From Candidatus Saccharicenans sp. (GTDB lineage: Bacteria; Acidobacteriota; Aminicenantia; Aminicenantales; Saccharicenantaceae): a stretch of 64,000 bases of DNA. The translations under genes were made by a program, and so were the position numbers. The DNA lies in NCBI GenBank assembly GCA_030017715.1, contig JASEIU010000001.1, positions 1,520 through 65,519 of the forward strand, written 5' to 3'. This document shows, piece after piece, positions 9,123-19,300 of this stretch. Each line of letters starts with the position of its first letter. Within the stretch, counting starts at the first letter, position 1. Under the pieces are notes generated by a model. The model was given only the letters and a program-made list of their open reading frames with translations. It ran no database searches and was not told the origin of the DNA.

Positions 9123-10928
9123 CTATTTCCCGGACTGGTGCACGATACGTCCGCCCACCACGGTCAGCACAGAGTAAGTATGTCGGATCTCACTGGGCGG
9201 GATTTCAAAAATGTTCTGGTTGAGCAATATCATATCAGCCAGCTTGCCCGGTTCAATTGAGCCGCGCAGATTTTCTTCGTTGAGAGCGTAGGCTCCGCCC
9301 AGGGTGTAGGCCCTGATTGCTTCTTCCAAAGCCACCTTCTCGCCGGGAATCCAGCCGCCCGCGGGTTTTCCTGTCCAGTCTTCCCTGGTGACCGCCATCT
9401 GCAGCCCCGGCCAGGGATTGATGGTGACCACCGGCCAGTCGCTGCCGAAAGCCAGACGGCCTCCGGCTCTTAGGACTGATTTCCAGGGAAAGGCCCGTTG
9501 CTCCCGCTCGGGACCGACGTTTTTAATCCAGGCTGACATCCAGACCGGGTCCGGGTCGGCGTGGAGCGGCTGAAAGCTGGCGATGATGCCCGGGTTGTTA
9601 AAGCGCACGAAATCGTCGGCGGCGATGCACTCGACATGCTCAATTTTGTGGCGCAGTTCAGGATGTCCGCTTTCCTTCAGAGCTTTTTCATAAGCGTCGA
9701 GTGTGAGCTTGATTGCCCGGTCGCCGATCGAGTGGGTTGAGACCTGGATTCCGCGCCGGCTTAATTCCATGACGGCTTTAATATAATCTTCCGGCTCCCA
9801 GAAAAGTTTGCCGCTGTGCCCGTTCATTCCCTCGTAGGGCTGGAGCATGGCGCCGGTGCCGGAATCGATGACGCCATCCAGCATCAGCTTGACCCCGCGA
9901 ACCGCAAGCCAGGGGTCGTTGTACTTGGCCCGGGCGGCTTCATAGGCTTCAAAATCCTTTTCCCGCGGGCCCGGTTCGCTGACCCACATGGCTATCACCA
10001 GGCGAAGTGTCTGAGAGCCTTCCGCGCGGAGCTGTTCGAAGAGCTCCAGGTCTTCAAACTCGCCCCCCAACCCGTGAACGCAAGTAACGCCCCAGCGGGC
10101 AGCTTCCTGCATTCCGAGGCGCAGGCCCTCCAGCCGTTCTTCCCGTGTGGGCGAGGGAACCAGGCGACCAACAAGAGAGCTGGCGCCCTCAAGCAGCGCT
10201 CCGGTTGGCTCGCCCTTTTCGTCGCGGACGATTTTTCCGTCGGGCGGGTCAGGCGTTTTTCTGGTGATTCCGGCCAGCGCCAGAGCCTTGCTGTTCACCC
10301 AGCTGGTGTGGCCATCGGCGCAGCGCATGATGGCCGGCCGGTCGGAGACAACTTCATCAAGATATTTTTTGTGCGGCCTGTCGCCCGGAAAAGCTGAGTA
10401 CATCCAGCCCCGGCCCTGAATCCAGGGAAGTTCGGGATGCCCGGCAGCGAATTTTCTGATCCGTTGCTGGATTTCCTCGACCGTGCGGGTGCCGGCCAGG
10501 TCAACCCGGTTGAGGTTGATAGAACCGCCGACAAAGTGCACATGACTGTCCTGAAAACCGGGGAGAAGCAGGCGGCCTTCGGCCTGAATTATCTTTGTCT
10601 GCGACCCGGCGAATTTTTTAGCCTGGCGGTTTGAGCCAACGAACACAATCTGCTCGCCTTTTATGGCGACAGCTTCTGCCCGGGGCTGAGCCGGGTTTAC
10701 GGTATAGACCCGGGCGCCCGTTATGATGAGGTCGGCCGGCTCGGGCTTTCTGGCGCATCCGCTGAGCACAACCAGCGAAGTCAGCAGAACCGGCAGCAAC
10801 AGCAGGCAAGTTGATCTTAATAATTTCCAGGGATCAGTCTTCTTTGGAATTCTGTTCAAATTTCTTTCTGAATTTCCCAACCTTATTGCCGACCTGCCAC
10901 GCAACTTTATTCTCAATTTTTCCTCCAC
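9123..10928 (-). CDS. Amidohydrolase-3 (YtcJ-like) metal-dependent hydrolase, lipoprotein
   Basis: LSG-C lipobox; PGFQDSHVH, KLMLDG, HSIGDRA, IEH, GSDWPV, GKLAD motifs. Confidence 0.92.
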   Translation of the reverse strand: MEEKLRIKLRGRSAIRLGNSERNLNRIPKKTDPWKLLRSTCLLLLPVLLTSLVVLSGCARKPEPADLIITGARVYTVNPAQPRAEAVAIKGEQIVFVGSNRQAKKFAGSQTKIIQAEGRLLLPGFQDSHVHFVGGSINLNRVDLAGTRTVEEIQQRIRKFAAGHPELPWIQGRGWMYSAFPGDRPHKKYLDEVVSDRPAIMRCADGHTSWVNSKALALAGITRKTPDPPDGKIVRDEKGEPTGALLEGASSLVGRLVPSPTREERLEGLRLGMQEAARWGVTCVHGLGGEFEDLELFEQLRAEGSQTLRLVIAMWVSEPGPREKDFEAYEAARAKYNDPWLAVRGVKLMLDGVIDSGTGAMLQPYEGMNGHSGKLFWEPEDYIKAVMELSRRGIQVSTHSIGDRAIKLTLDAYEKALKESGHPELRHKIEHVECIAADDFVRFNNPGIIASFQPLHADPDPVWMSAWIKNVGPEREQRAFPWKSVLRAGGRLAFGSDWPVVTINPWPGLQMAVTREDWTGKPAGGWIPGEKVALEEAIRAYTLGGAYALNEENLRGSIEPGKLADMILLNQNIFEIPPSEIRHTYSVLTVVGGRIVHQSGK

Positions 10929-11291
10929 GCTGATCTGTTCAGGAGTTATTATACAAATCTCGCCCGGGCAACCACAAAATAAAATTTAGAGATGTGACAA
11001 CAACCACCATTTTTTTCTGGCTTAAACAATAGCCTCAGCTATTTACAGGCTTGATGAAAATAAGGGGCTTATTTCCGACTCATATATGAGTGAGCATGCC
11101 GTTGCCAGATGTCAAGCATATTTCACTGCCATAGCCATACTTGGGTTAAATAGCTTGCCTATCGCGGGCCAGCGGGATCCCCTGGCTTCCGGCGTCCATA
11201 TTTCCGGGTATGAATGCCCATTGTTGCGCCCCGAATATCGATGCCACTATCACCCTTGCTCTCGAATCTCGGTTAAGGGGAATTGTTATTA

Positions 11292-11320
11292 TTGACGCGG
11301 CGAAGGCAATCGGGTAAGCT
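11292..11320 (+). promoter_or_regulatory. Sigma70-type promoter of the aldo/keto reductase gene
   Basis: TTGACG-N17-TAAGCT, about 20 nt upstream of the ATG, with an AGGAGG RBS between. Confidence 0.6.
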
Positions 11321-11341
11321 GTATGAAAACAGGAGGACGAG

Positions 11342-12565
11342 ATGAAGAAGTCTGCTCTTAACCGGCGTGATTTTTTGAAGGTTGGCTTGACCGGGCTGGT
11401 GACCACCGGCGCGGCCGGCCTGCTTCTGGCTGAGGATAAGAAAAATCAGAAAAAAGGCTCGCCTGCCGGGACCGATAAGAACAGGACTAAGGAACCTCAG
11501 CCGCCCGGCGGCCGGCGGGAAGGATTTATATACAGAACACTTGGCCGGACCGGAGTGGTCCTGCCGGTTGTCTCGATGGGCGTTATGAATTCCGACAACC
11601 CGGAGCTGGTCAGGGCGGCGCTCGACTCAGGATTGGTACACCTGGACACGGCCCACGGCTACCAGCGCGGCCGAAATGAAGAAATTATAGGCCAGGTGCT
11701 CAAGGGGCGCCCGAGGGACAGTTATTTCATCGCCACCAAGGTTCGAGAAGGCGAAAAATTCCTGGAAATGGTCGATATAAGCCTTCAGCGGCTTGGTCTC
11801 GATTATGTTGATATACTCTACCTTCACAACCTGAGCAAGCGCGACAACGTCCTGGCCGAGGAAAATCTGAAGGTTATGGAACAGGTCAAAAAATCGGGCA
11901 AGGCCAGGTTTATTGGCGTCTCCACTCACTCTAACGAACACGAAGTGATCAGGGCGGCGGTTGAAGCCAGAATTTATGACGTGGTCCTGACTGCCTATAA
12001 TTTCCGAAAAGAAAACATAAAAGAACTGGATGCGGCTATGGCCGAAGCGGCCGCGGTCGGAGTTGGACTGGTGGCTATGAAAACCATGGCCGGGGCTTTC
12101 TGGGATAAGCAGCGCACCCAGCCGATTAACACCAAAGCGGCCCTGAAGTGGGCAATGAACAATCCAAACCTGACTACATCCATTCCCGGGATGACCACCT
12201 TTGACCAGTTGAAAAGCAACCTCGAAGTGGTCAAGGACCTGAAGCTGACTCCGGAGGAGCTTTACGACCTCAAAATGGGAGAGGCCGCGCCGCAGAGTGG
12301 CCTTTACTGCCAGGGCTGTGAGCGCTGTGTCCCTCAGTGTCCGAAGCAGTTACCGATTCCCGAAATGATGCGCGCTTACATGTACGCTTACGGGTATAAA
12401 AATCTGGCTGCGGCTCACGAGCTGGTCAGCTCCCTCAACCTGCCGGATAATCCCTGCGCCGGCTGCGCCAGCTGTTCGGTGAAATGCGCTTTTAAGTTTG
12501 ATGTCCGCGACCGGCTGGTTGATATCAATCGGCTGAAAGCAGTCCCGGCCGAATTTTTCGCCTGA
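11342..12565 (+). CDS. Tat-exported aldo/keto reductase with C-terminal Fe-S cluster domain
   Basis: NRRDFLK Tat motif; YRTLGRTG, LDTAHGY, SLQRLGLDYVD; CQGCERCVPQC and CAGCASCSVKC. Confidence 0.92.
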   Translation: MKKSALNRRDFLKVGLTGLVTTGAAGLLLAEDKKNQKKGSPAGTDKNRTKEPQPPGGRREGFIYRTLGRTGVVLPVVSMGVMNSDNPELVRAALDSGLVHLDTAHGYQRGRNEEIIGQVLKGRPRDSYFIATKVREGEKFLEMVDISLQRLGLDYVDILYLHNLSKRDNVLAEENLKVMEQVKKSGKARFIGVSTHSNEHEVIRAAVEARIYDVVLTAYNFRKENIKELDAAMAEAAAVGVGLVAMKTMAGAFWDKQRTQPINTKAALKWAMNNPNLTTSIPGMTTFDQLKSNLEVVKDLKLTPEELYDLKMGEAAPQSGLYCQGCERCVPQCPKQLPIPEMMRAYMYAYGYKNLAAAHELVSSLNLPDNPCAGCASCSVKCAFKFDVRDRLVDINRLKAVPAEFFA

Positions 12566-12588
12566 CAGACTGCCTCTGAGGCTCAGAT

Positions 12589-13563
12589 TTAGCGTCTGAT
12601 TAAACTCAGGACTTTATCTATCACCAGGGCGTTGCCGTAAGAATCCTGAAAATCCAGCAGGGGGTTGACCTGTCCGCGTATAGCTTCGCCAAAATGCTCT
12701 ATCATCAGCTGAAACTGGTCGGCCGGCGGGAAATGGAAAATTTCGGTCTTCTGGTTCCGGGTGAGCTGGATTTCCGTTTCAAAGTGCTTGGCTGAAAAAG
12801 CCCGGTCGAGAAAAATCCGGCCGAAGCGACCAGAGATTTCCAGCCTGCTCTGGAATTCAAGCTCGAAGCTGCAGGTAAGAAGCGCCTGACGGTTTCCGGG
12901 AAAAGTCAGGAGAAGGGAAACAGTCAGGTCAATGCCGGTGTTTTGGTCGCAGCGGGTGGCGGCTTCGATTCTTATCGGTTCGGATTTGAAGATCAGTCGG
13001 GCGGCGTTTATCGGGTAACAGCCGACATCATAAAGAGCTCCGCCGCCGTAAGCCGGATTCCAGCGGTAATTCGAAAGGTCGCGGTCAAAGATAAAGTTAA
13101 AAGCCCCGCGGACAACAAGCGGCTCGCCGATAGCGCCGGAGTCTATGAGTTCGAGCGCTTGCTTCAGTCGTGGATGGAAGCGGTACATGAAGCCTTCCAT
13201 CAGCAGGCGATTGTTCTTTTCGGCCTCGGCGAACATTTCCCGGACTTCAACTGCGGTGAGAGCCAGGGGTTTCTCGCAGAGAACATGTTTTCCGGCGCGA
13301 AGGGCGGCAATGCTCAACGGATAATGAAGGTGATTGGGGAGCGGGTTATAGATAGCGTCTATTTCCGGGTCGGCCAGAAGCTCTTGGTAAGAGCTGTAGG
13401 CTTTTTTGATTCCAAACCGGGCGGCCCAGTCCTTAGCTTTCTTTATGTCCCGGGAAGCGATGGCCAACAGCTCGACGCCAGAGGCTTTTTTTATGGCCGG
13501 AATGAAGGTGTGCTCGGCGATGGCCGCGCACCCGAGTATTCCCCACCTGATTTTTTCAGTCAT
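12589..13563 (-). CDS. Gfo/Idh/MocA family oxidoreductase
   Basis: WGILGCAAIA, GKHVLCEKP, GGGALYDVGCY. Confidence 0.93.
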   Translation of the reverse strand: MTEKIRWGILGCAAIAEHTFIPAIKKASGVELLAIASRDIKKAKDWAARFGIKKAYSSYQELLADPEIDAIYNPLPNHLHYPLSIAALRAGKHVLCEKPLALTAVEVREMFAEAEKNNRLLMEGFMYRFHPRLKQALELIDSGAIGEPLVVRGAFNFIFDRDLSNYRWNPAYGGGALYDVGCYPINAARLIFKSEPIRIEAATRCDQNTGIDLTVSLLLTFPGNRQALLTCSFELEFQSRLEISGRFGRIFLDRAFSAKHFETEIQLTRNQKTEIFHFPPADQFQLMIEHFGEAIRGQVNPLLDFQDSYGNALVIDKVLSLIRR

Positions 13564-13917
13564 CTTTCTGCCCTCACCTTGAAGATTATAATAAAAAAGG
13601 TCCGGAACTTGTATCGCTTCGCCTGGAAGAGTCGGTTCAGGCCGTGTTCATTTGCTCGGTCAAGACGCCTGATTTGGAAAGGCATCATTTGTTGGAATAA
13701 ATTCCTTTGCAATTTCTCGGCCGGCTCAAATTAATTAAATTCGGCCTGTCAACACAATTTATTAAGTTCAGTTCAGAGACTCCAGAAATGAACCCCCGGC
13801 TTTCTTCGGCCATCTTATTTAAATTTAGACCGGAGCTCCGGTTTCTGGCACTTGATGGCGTTAGCCGTTTTTCGGTCTGCGGATATGATCCGGGATGTGG
13901 CGGGCAGCAGCCGGGTA

Positions 13918-13941
13918 ATATATGAATAGGTGTTCATATAT
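13918..13941. promoter_or_regulatory. ArsR/SmtB (CzrA-like) operator-type palindrome
   Basis: ATATATGAA-TAGGTG-TTCATATAT: perfect 9-bp arms with a TGAA-N6-TTCA core. Confidence 0.5.
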
Positions 13942-14052
13942 AATTACCGCCAGGTCATAGAGCCTGAAACAAACTCCAGCTTGAATGTATGGTCAGAATA
14001 ATGAATCATATCAGCCCGACCTGTTGACCGCGGGGGCGGATCTCTGTCACCG

Positions 14053-14089
14053 GAAATAAATTGGGGAATGAGTATTGTGTCCCCCGTTT
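14053..14089 (-). repeat. GGGGACAC-family repeat, copy on the dipeptide epimerase stop codon
   Basis: Minus strand reads TAA-ACGGGGGACACAATACTCATTCCCCAATTTATTTC, near-identical to 8865-8900. Confidence 0.7.
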
Positions 14090-15302
14090 AAAATTGCTTC
14101 ATCTTTTTGAGGAAGGCGGGGTCGACGTCGCAGCCGAGGCCCGGCGCTTCCGGCAGATAAATCGTGCCCTTCTCCACCTTTATTCCGCCGACCACCGGGT
14201 CGACTTTGTGTTCGGAGTTCCCGTCAAGGTCGGCAAAGACGATGTTTTTCTGGCTGGCCACTAAGTGTGCCGCCGCCGTCAGCCCGAGTCTGGTTTCGAG
14301 CATGCAGCCGACCATGCATTTGACGTTGGCCGCAGCGGCCACATGAGCGATTTTCAACGAATTCAGGATACCGCCGGCCTTCATTAATTTGATGTTGAAA
14401 TAATCGCAGGCTTCTTCCTTTATCAATTTGATGGCGTCAGCCGGGCCAAAGAGAGATTCGTCGGCCATGATTGGAACCGGCGATTGAGAGCGGACCTGCT
14501 TCAGCCCGTAAATGTCCGCGTCCTTTACCGGCTGCTCGCAGAATTCTATCCGATAGGCCTCCATTTTTTTCAGGGCATAGATGGCTTCGGGCACCGACCA
14601 GCCCTGGTTGGCGTCCAGCCGGAGTTTTGTGTCCTGGCCGATCGCCTGGCGCACGGCCGCCACCCGCTGGACATCCAGGTCGGGGTTCTGGCCGACTTTG
14701 ATTTTTATCTGGCGGTAGCCTTGCTCGACATTTTCCTTAGCGCTGGAAGCCATTTTTTCCGGCGTGTTCAGACCGGTGGTCATATCGGTTTCGAAGCTGG
14801 AGCGATATCCACCCAGTAAGCGGTAAACCGGCAGGCCGGCCGCTTTGCCGAGCAGGTCATAAAGGGCCGAATCGAAAGCAGCCACGGCGCTCGGGTTTGA
14901 ATGGACGATATTTCCTATTCCGTCAATCAGGCCTTCAATATTCAGCGGGTCCTTGTCGACCAGAATCTCCCTGATGGCTCTGGCGGCGGCGATGTTGCTG
15001 TCCTGAGTTTCTCCGGTGATCGGCGGGAAGGGACAGGCTTCGCCTATTCCATAAAGACCGCTGTCGGTTATGATTTTAACCAGAACGTCATTGGCCGCAT
15101 ACATTGTGCCGATGGCAATGCTGAATGGCTCAAAAAGCGGAACGTCAAAAGTATATATCTCAATCTTTTTTATTTTCATTTTTTTAACTTCATCGCGAGC
15201 AGCCGCCAGTCGGGGCGAAGCCAGGCTGAGTTTTTCCGAAAAAGCGGCTGAGGCCACACCCAGTCCGAAAAACTTAAGAAATTGTTTGCGGCTGATTTTC
15301 AT
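14088..15302 (-). CDS. Dipeptide epimerase (L-Ala-D/L-Glu epimerase-like, enolase superfamily) with Tat-like leader
   Basis: KIK catalytic motif; DANQG, EQP and DES metal ligands; NIKLMK; DLD motif; N-terminal SRKQFLK leader. Confidence 0.9.
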   Translation of the reverse strand: MKISRKQFLKFFGLGVASAAFSEKLSLASPRLAAARDEVKKMKIKKIEIYTFDVPLFEPFSIAIGTMYAANDVLVKIITDSGLYGIGEACPFPPITGETQDSNIAAARAIREILVDKDPLNIEGLIDGIGNIVHSNPSAVAAFDSALYDLLGKAAGLPVYRLLGGYRSSFETDMTTGLNTPEKMASSAKENVEQGYRQIKIKVGQNPDLDVQRVAAVRQAIGQDTKLRLDANQGWSVPEAIYALKKMEAYRIEFCEQPVKDADIYGLKQVRSQSPVPIMADESLFGPADAIKLIKEEACDYFNIKLMKAGGILNSLKIAHVAAAANVKCMVGCMLETRLGLTAAAHLVASQKNIVFADLDGNSEHKVDPVVGGIKVEKGTIYLPEAPGLGCDVDPAFLKKMKQF

Positions 15303-15552
15303 TTTCTCTCTCCTTTCCTTTTCTATGGGCGCTGGCCAACCTGACCAGGCGCTAACGAGGCCGCCTGACCGGGCTAAAGTCTTAAGAGACTTTTATCCCT
15401 TTGGCCTCCAGCTCGGGCTGTATTTCGGGCGACTCTCGCTGTTTTCAATTTCTGCTTTTTTAGCTCCAGGCCTAATTTGATTTTAGGAAAATCTGCCTTC
15501 AAGCTCAATAAAAACCTCGGTCTGAGCCTGAGCAAATCTTTTTCGGGGGTGG

Positions 15553-15911
15553 GCGGCCAGGCCCCGGGCTCTTCCGGCCTCGGCGGTTCCGGTTCTATTC
15601 GGCGGTTCCCTGGCGACTACGGTCGGGTGGGTGCGATTGAATATCGGATTGCTGCTGCTAAGCCTGCTGGCCATGGCTCTTCTTCACACCGCAGCCAACA
15701 TGCTGTCCGACGTCATCGACTGGAAAAGGGGGCTCGACCGGGAAGCCACTCCGGTCAGCGGGGCGGTCGTTCGCGGGTTGCTCAGCCCTCAGCAAGTGTT
15801 GAAGGGGGTGGCGGTTCTTTTTGTTCTGGGCTCAGCCCTGGGGCTGATTTTAATCTGGCTACGGGGAATTCTTATTTTATACATAGAAATAGCAGGAATA
15901 ATTTTAGGTCT
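15553..15911 (+). pseudogene. Internal fragment of the menA-like gene (direct repeat of 24855-25213)
   Basis: 359-bp ungapped match with about 20 mismatches by manual alignment; lacks the native start and the 3' 60% of the gene. Confidence 0.9.
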
Positions 15912-16322
15912 AACCCATTCCCGGCCAATAACTCCGGGGCCCGGGGGTTACTCAGGTCTGAGGAGCAAAATTTTTACCGCGGTAAATAGATGTCTGAAGT
16001 CCCGGAGGGATGCGCGGCCAAAGGGCCCCTGACAAAAGGAACTGTCACCGAAACGATCAGGTTATCGACGGCGCCCAAATTTTTGACATGGTCGGCCGTT
16101 ATTCTTATCATAATTCCATAGCCGGGATAGAGGAAGAAGGTGCATAACATAACAGAAGGCATTACGATCCGCTCCCGTTTAGAACTTTACGGTGTTCGGC
16201 GCGGCCCGCTGCCCTCTGGAATGCGGGCGAAAAAATGTCTCTGGACCCGGATTCCCCGGCTGTTCCTGTCTGCAAATTCTTTATGCTTACGAATATTTTG
16301 AGTCTCTAGAAAGGGGGATAAC

Positions 16323-19300
16323 ATGAACAAAACGGCGAAGATATTCTGCCTGATCTTTCTGGTCCTGATGATTGGCGGACTCGTCTCCTGCCGCAAGGAA
16401 AAAGCCAAACCCGGCGTATCTATGGAGCCGGACTGGTATCATTACATCTCGGCCCATACTTCGGGTACCGTGCCCCGCCGGGCGCGAATCCGGGTGGTTT
16501 TTGTGGAAGAAGTGGGGAAACCCGGAGAGGAGTCCGTCGGTCTTCTGGAAATAAATCCCCCGGTTCCGGGCAAGCTGGTCTGGGCAACCAACCGGGTGCT
16601 GATGCTGATTCCGAACACCGAACTCAAACCGGATACCGAATACACCGCCACCCTCAACCTCAACAAAATAATGAAACTGCCGGAGGAATACAGCAAGTTT
16701 GTCTTCAGCTTCCGAACGATCAAGCAGCTTATGGAAATGAACATTGAGGGCCTCTATCCGGAAGACGAAACCCGGCCGGAAATCCTGACTCTTAAGGGGC
16801 AGCTTCTCACCTCAGACATGGAAGAACCTCTGGCGGTGGAAAAAATACTTCAGGCCGAGCAAGAAGGGAAAAGCCTGGGAATAAGCTGGAGTCACTCGGG
16901 CGACGGGACCGGTCATTATTTTTCTGTTCGTAACATCATCCGCGGGGAAGAACAATCCAGGGTCAGACTCAGATGGGACGGCAGTCCGCTCAACATCAGC
17001 GACCGGGGCGAGCGGGAAATCGAAATTCCTCCGCTGTCTCAGTTTGACCTGTCGCTGGTGACGGCCGTCTGGGAAGACTCGCCACACATTCTCCTTCAGT
17101 TTACCGATGCTCTCGACCGGAGTCAGAAGCTTAAAGGCCTGATTGAAATTGAAGGTTATCCCCTGAACTTTGAAATCGACCAGAACAAAATCAGGGTTTA
17201 CAGTCCGCGGTCTTTCCGGGGCGCGGTCGAAGTGAAAATATTCCCGGGCATCCGGAGCGTCAACCGAAGGACCTTTACCCGGGAAGAAACCAGAACGGTC
17301 GTTTTCGGGACTCCGCTGCCAAGTGTCAGATTCGTCGGGAACGGCGTGATCCTGCCGAGAAAGGAACGCCTGACAGTGCCGATTGAAGCCATCAATCTGA
17401 AATCCATTCAGGTGACTGTCTTCAAGATTTACGGCCAGAATATTCCTCAATTTCTTCAGGTGAACGACCTGGCCGGGACGCGCGAACTGGTCAGGGTTGG
17501 AAAATATCTCTGGCGCAAAACCGTCAGTCTGTCCGACGACCCTGAGGTAACTTCGCGCTGGGCCCGCTACGACCTGGACGTGACGCCCCTTTTTCAGGAG
17601 GACCCGAGCGGCATTTACCGGATAATTCTATCCTTCAACCGCGGCAATTCAACCTATCCCTGCCCGGAGAGCATCGAACCCCACAAGACGGAACCGCCCC
17701 TCGAGAGTCAGGCGGAGAGCTCTGATTACTATTATTACTGGGATGAAACTTATGGTTATCCCTACCTTCAGAATGGCTGGCTTTATAGAAACGACCCCTG
17801 CCACGACGCCTATTATAACCCCCATTTCAACCGGGAAGCAGTTGTCGGCCGCAATTTCCTGGTTTCCAACCTGGGGCTTCTGGCCAAGCTGGAAAAAAAT
17901 AATCAGCTGCATGCGGTGGTCACCGACCTGAGAACGGCTCAGCCGCTTTCGGGCGCAAGAGTTGAGGTCTTCAACTATCAACAGCAATTGCTGGCTTCAG
18001 CCGACAGCGACGGAAACGGCTTTGCCGTTTTCAGCCTTAAGGAGAAGCCGTTTCTGGTGGTGGCCAGGTCCGGAAAGGAGCTCGGCTATCTCCGTCTGGG
18101 CAACGAGACGGTTATTTCTCTCAGCAGTTTTGATATCGGTGGCGAAACGGTCAACAGGGGCCTCAAGGGCTACATCTATGGCGAGCGTGGGGTCTGGAGG
18201 CCTGGCGATACTCTTTTTCTGACCTTTGCCCTTTTTGACCGGGAGAAGAGCCTGCCCGAAGACCATCCGGTGGTCATGGAATTTTATTCGCCGCAGGGAC
18301 AGCTCTACCGGACCCTGAAACCGGAAAAATCGCTGGGCGGATTTTATGCTTTTAAAATTGAGACCGAGGAAAACATTCAAACCGGGCCCTGGCAGGCTAA
18401 GGTTCTGGTCGGCGGAGTGACTTTTAGCAGAACCTTCCGCATTGAAACCGTTGTTCCGAATCGGCTGAAGATTGATTTTCAAACAGGCAGGGAAATTATC
18501 ACCAGGAAAGACCGGCCGCTGCAGGCGACACTATCGGCTCAATGGCTCCATGGAGCCACAGCACCCAACCTGAAGTTTGACGTAACGGTTAATCTGACTT
18601 CGCGAAAAACGGCCTTTGCTGATTTTCCGGACTTCGTTTTTGACGACCCCTCGAGAGAACAGATTTCGGGTGAGGAGACGACGGTAAAAGGTCAGCTTGA
18701 CCAGCAGGGAAAGGCCCTGGTGAAACTGGGGCTGGAAACCTCGGTTGAGGCTCCCGGTTCCCTGACGGCCGGTTTTGTGACCAGGGTTTTTGAGGAATCG
18801 GGCGATTTCAGCATAGATACCTTCAGTCAGGTTTTCCATCCCTATGACCACTATGTTGGGATCAAGGTCCGTGGCGAGCAAAAGGGTTACGGCTATCTGG
18901 AAACCGGCAAAGACCAGGAGGTCGAGGTGGTGGTGGTTGACAGCCGGGGCAAACCGGTTTCAAACAGGAAAGTAAGAGTTTCGCTCTACAAAATCGGCTG
19001 GAGATGGTGGTGGGAAAGGGAAGGCCAATCGCTCGCGGACTATATGTCCAAGCCTTACACCCGGCCGATCGCCAGCGGCGAGGTGGTCATCGAAAACGGC
19101 CGGGCCGTCTGGAAGTTCAACCTCAGGGCTGAGGACTGGGGCCGGTATTTCATCAGAGCTGAAGATATGGAGGGCGATCACACCACCGGACTGACGGTCT
19201 ACGTAGACTGGCCCGACTGGACCGGTCGTTCGCGGGCAGCCGGCGGGGAGGCCGCGACTCGACTGGTTCTGGCCTCTGATAAAACCAGCTATCTGGTGGG

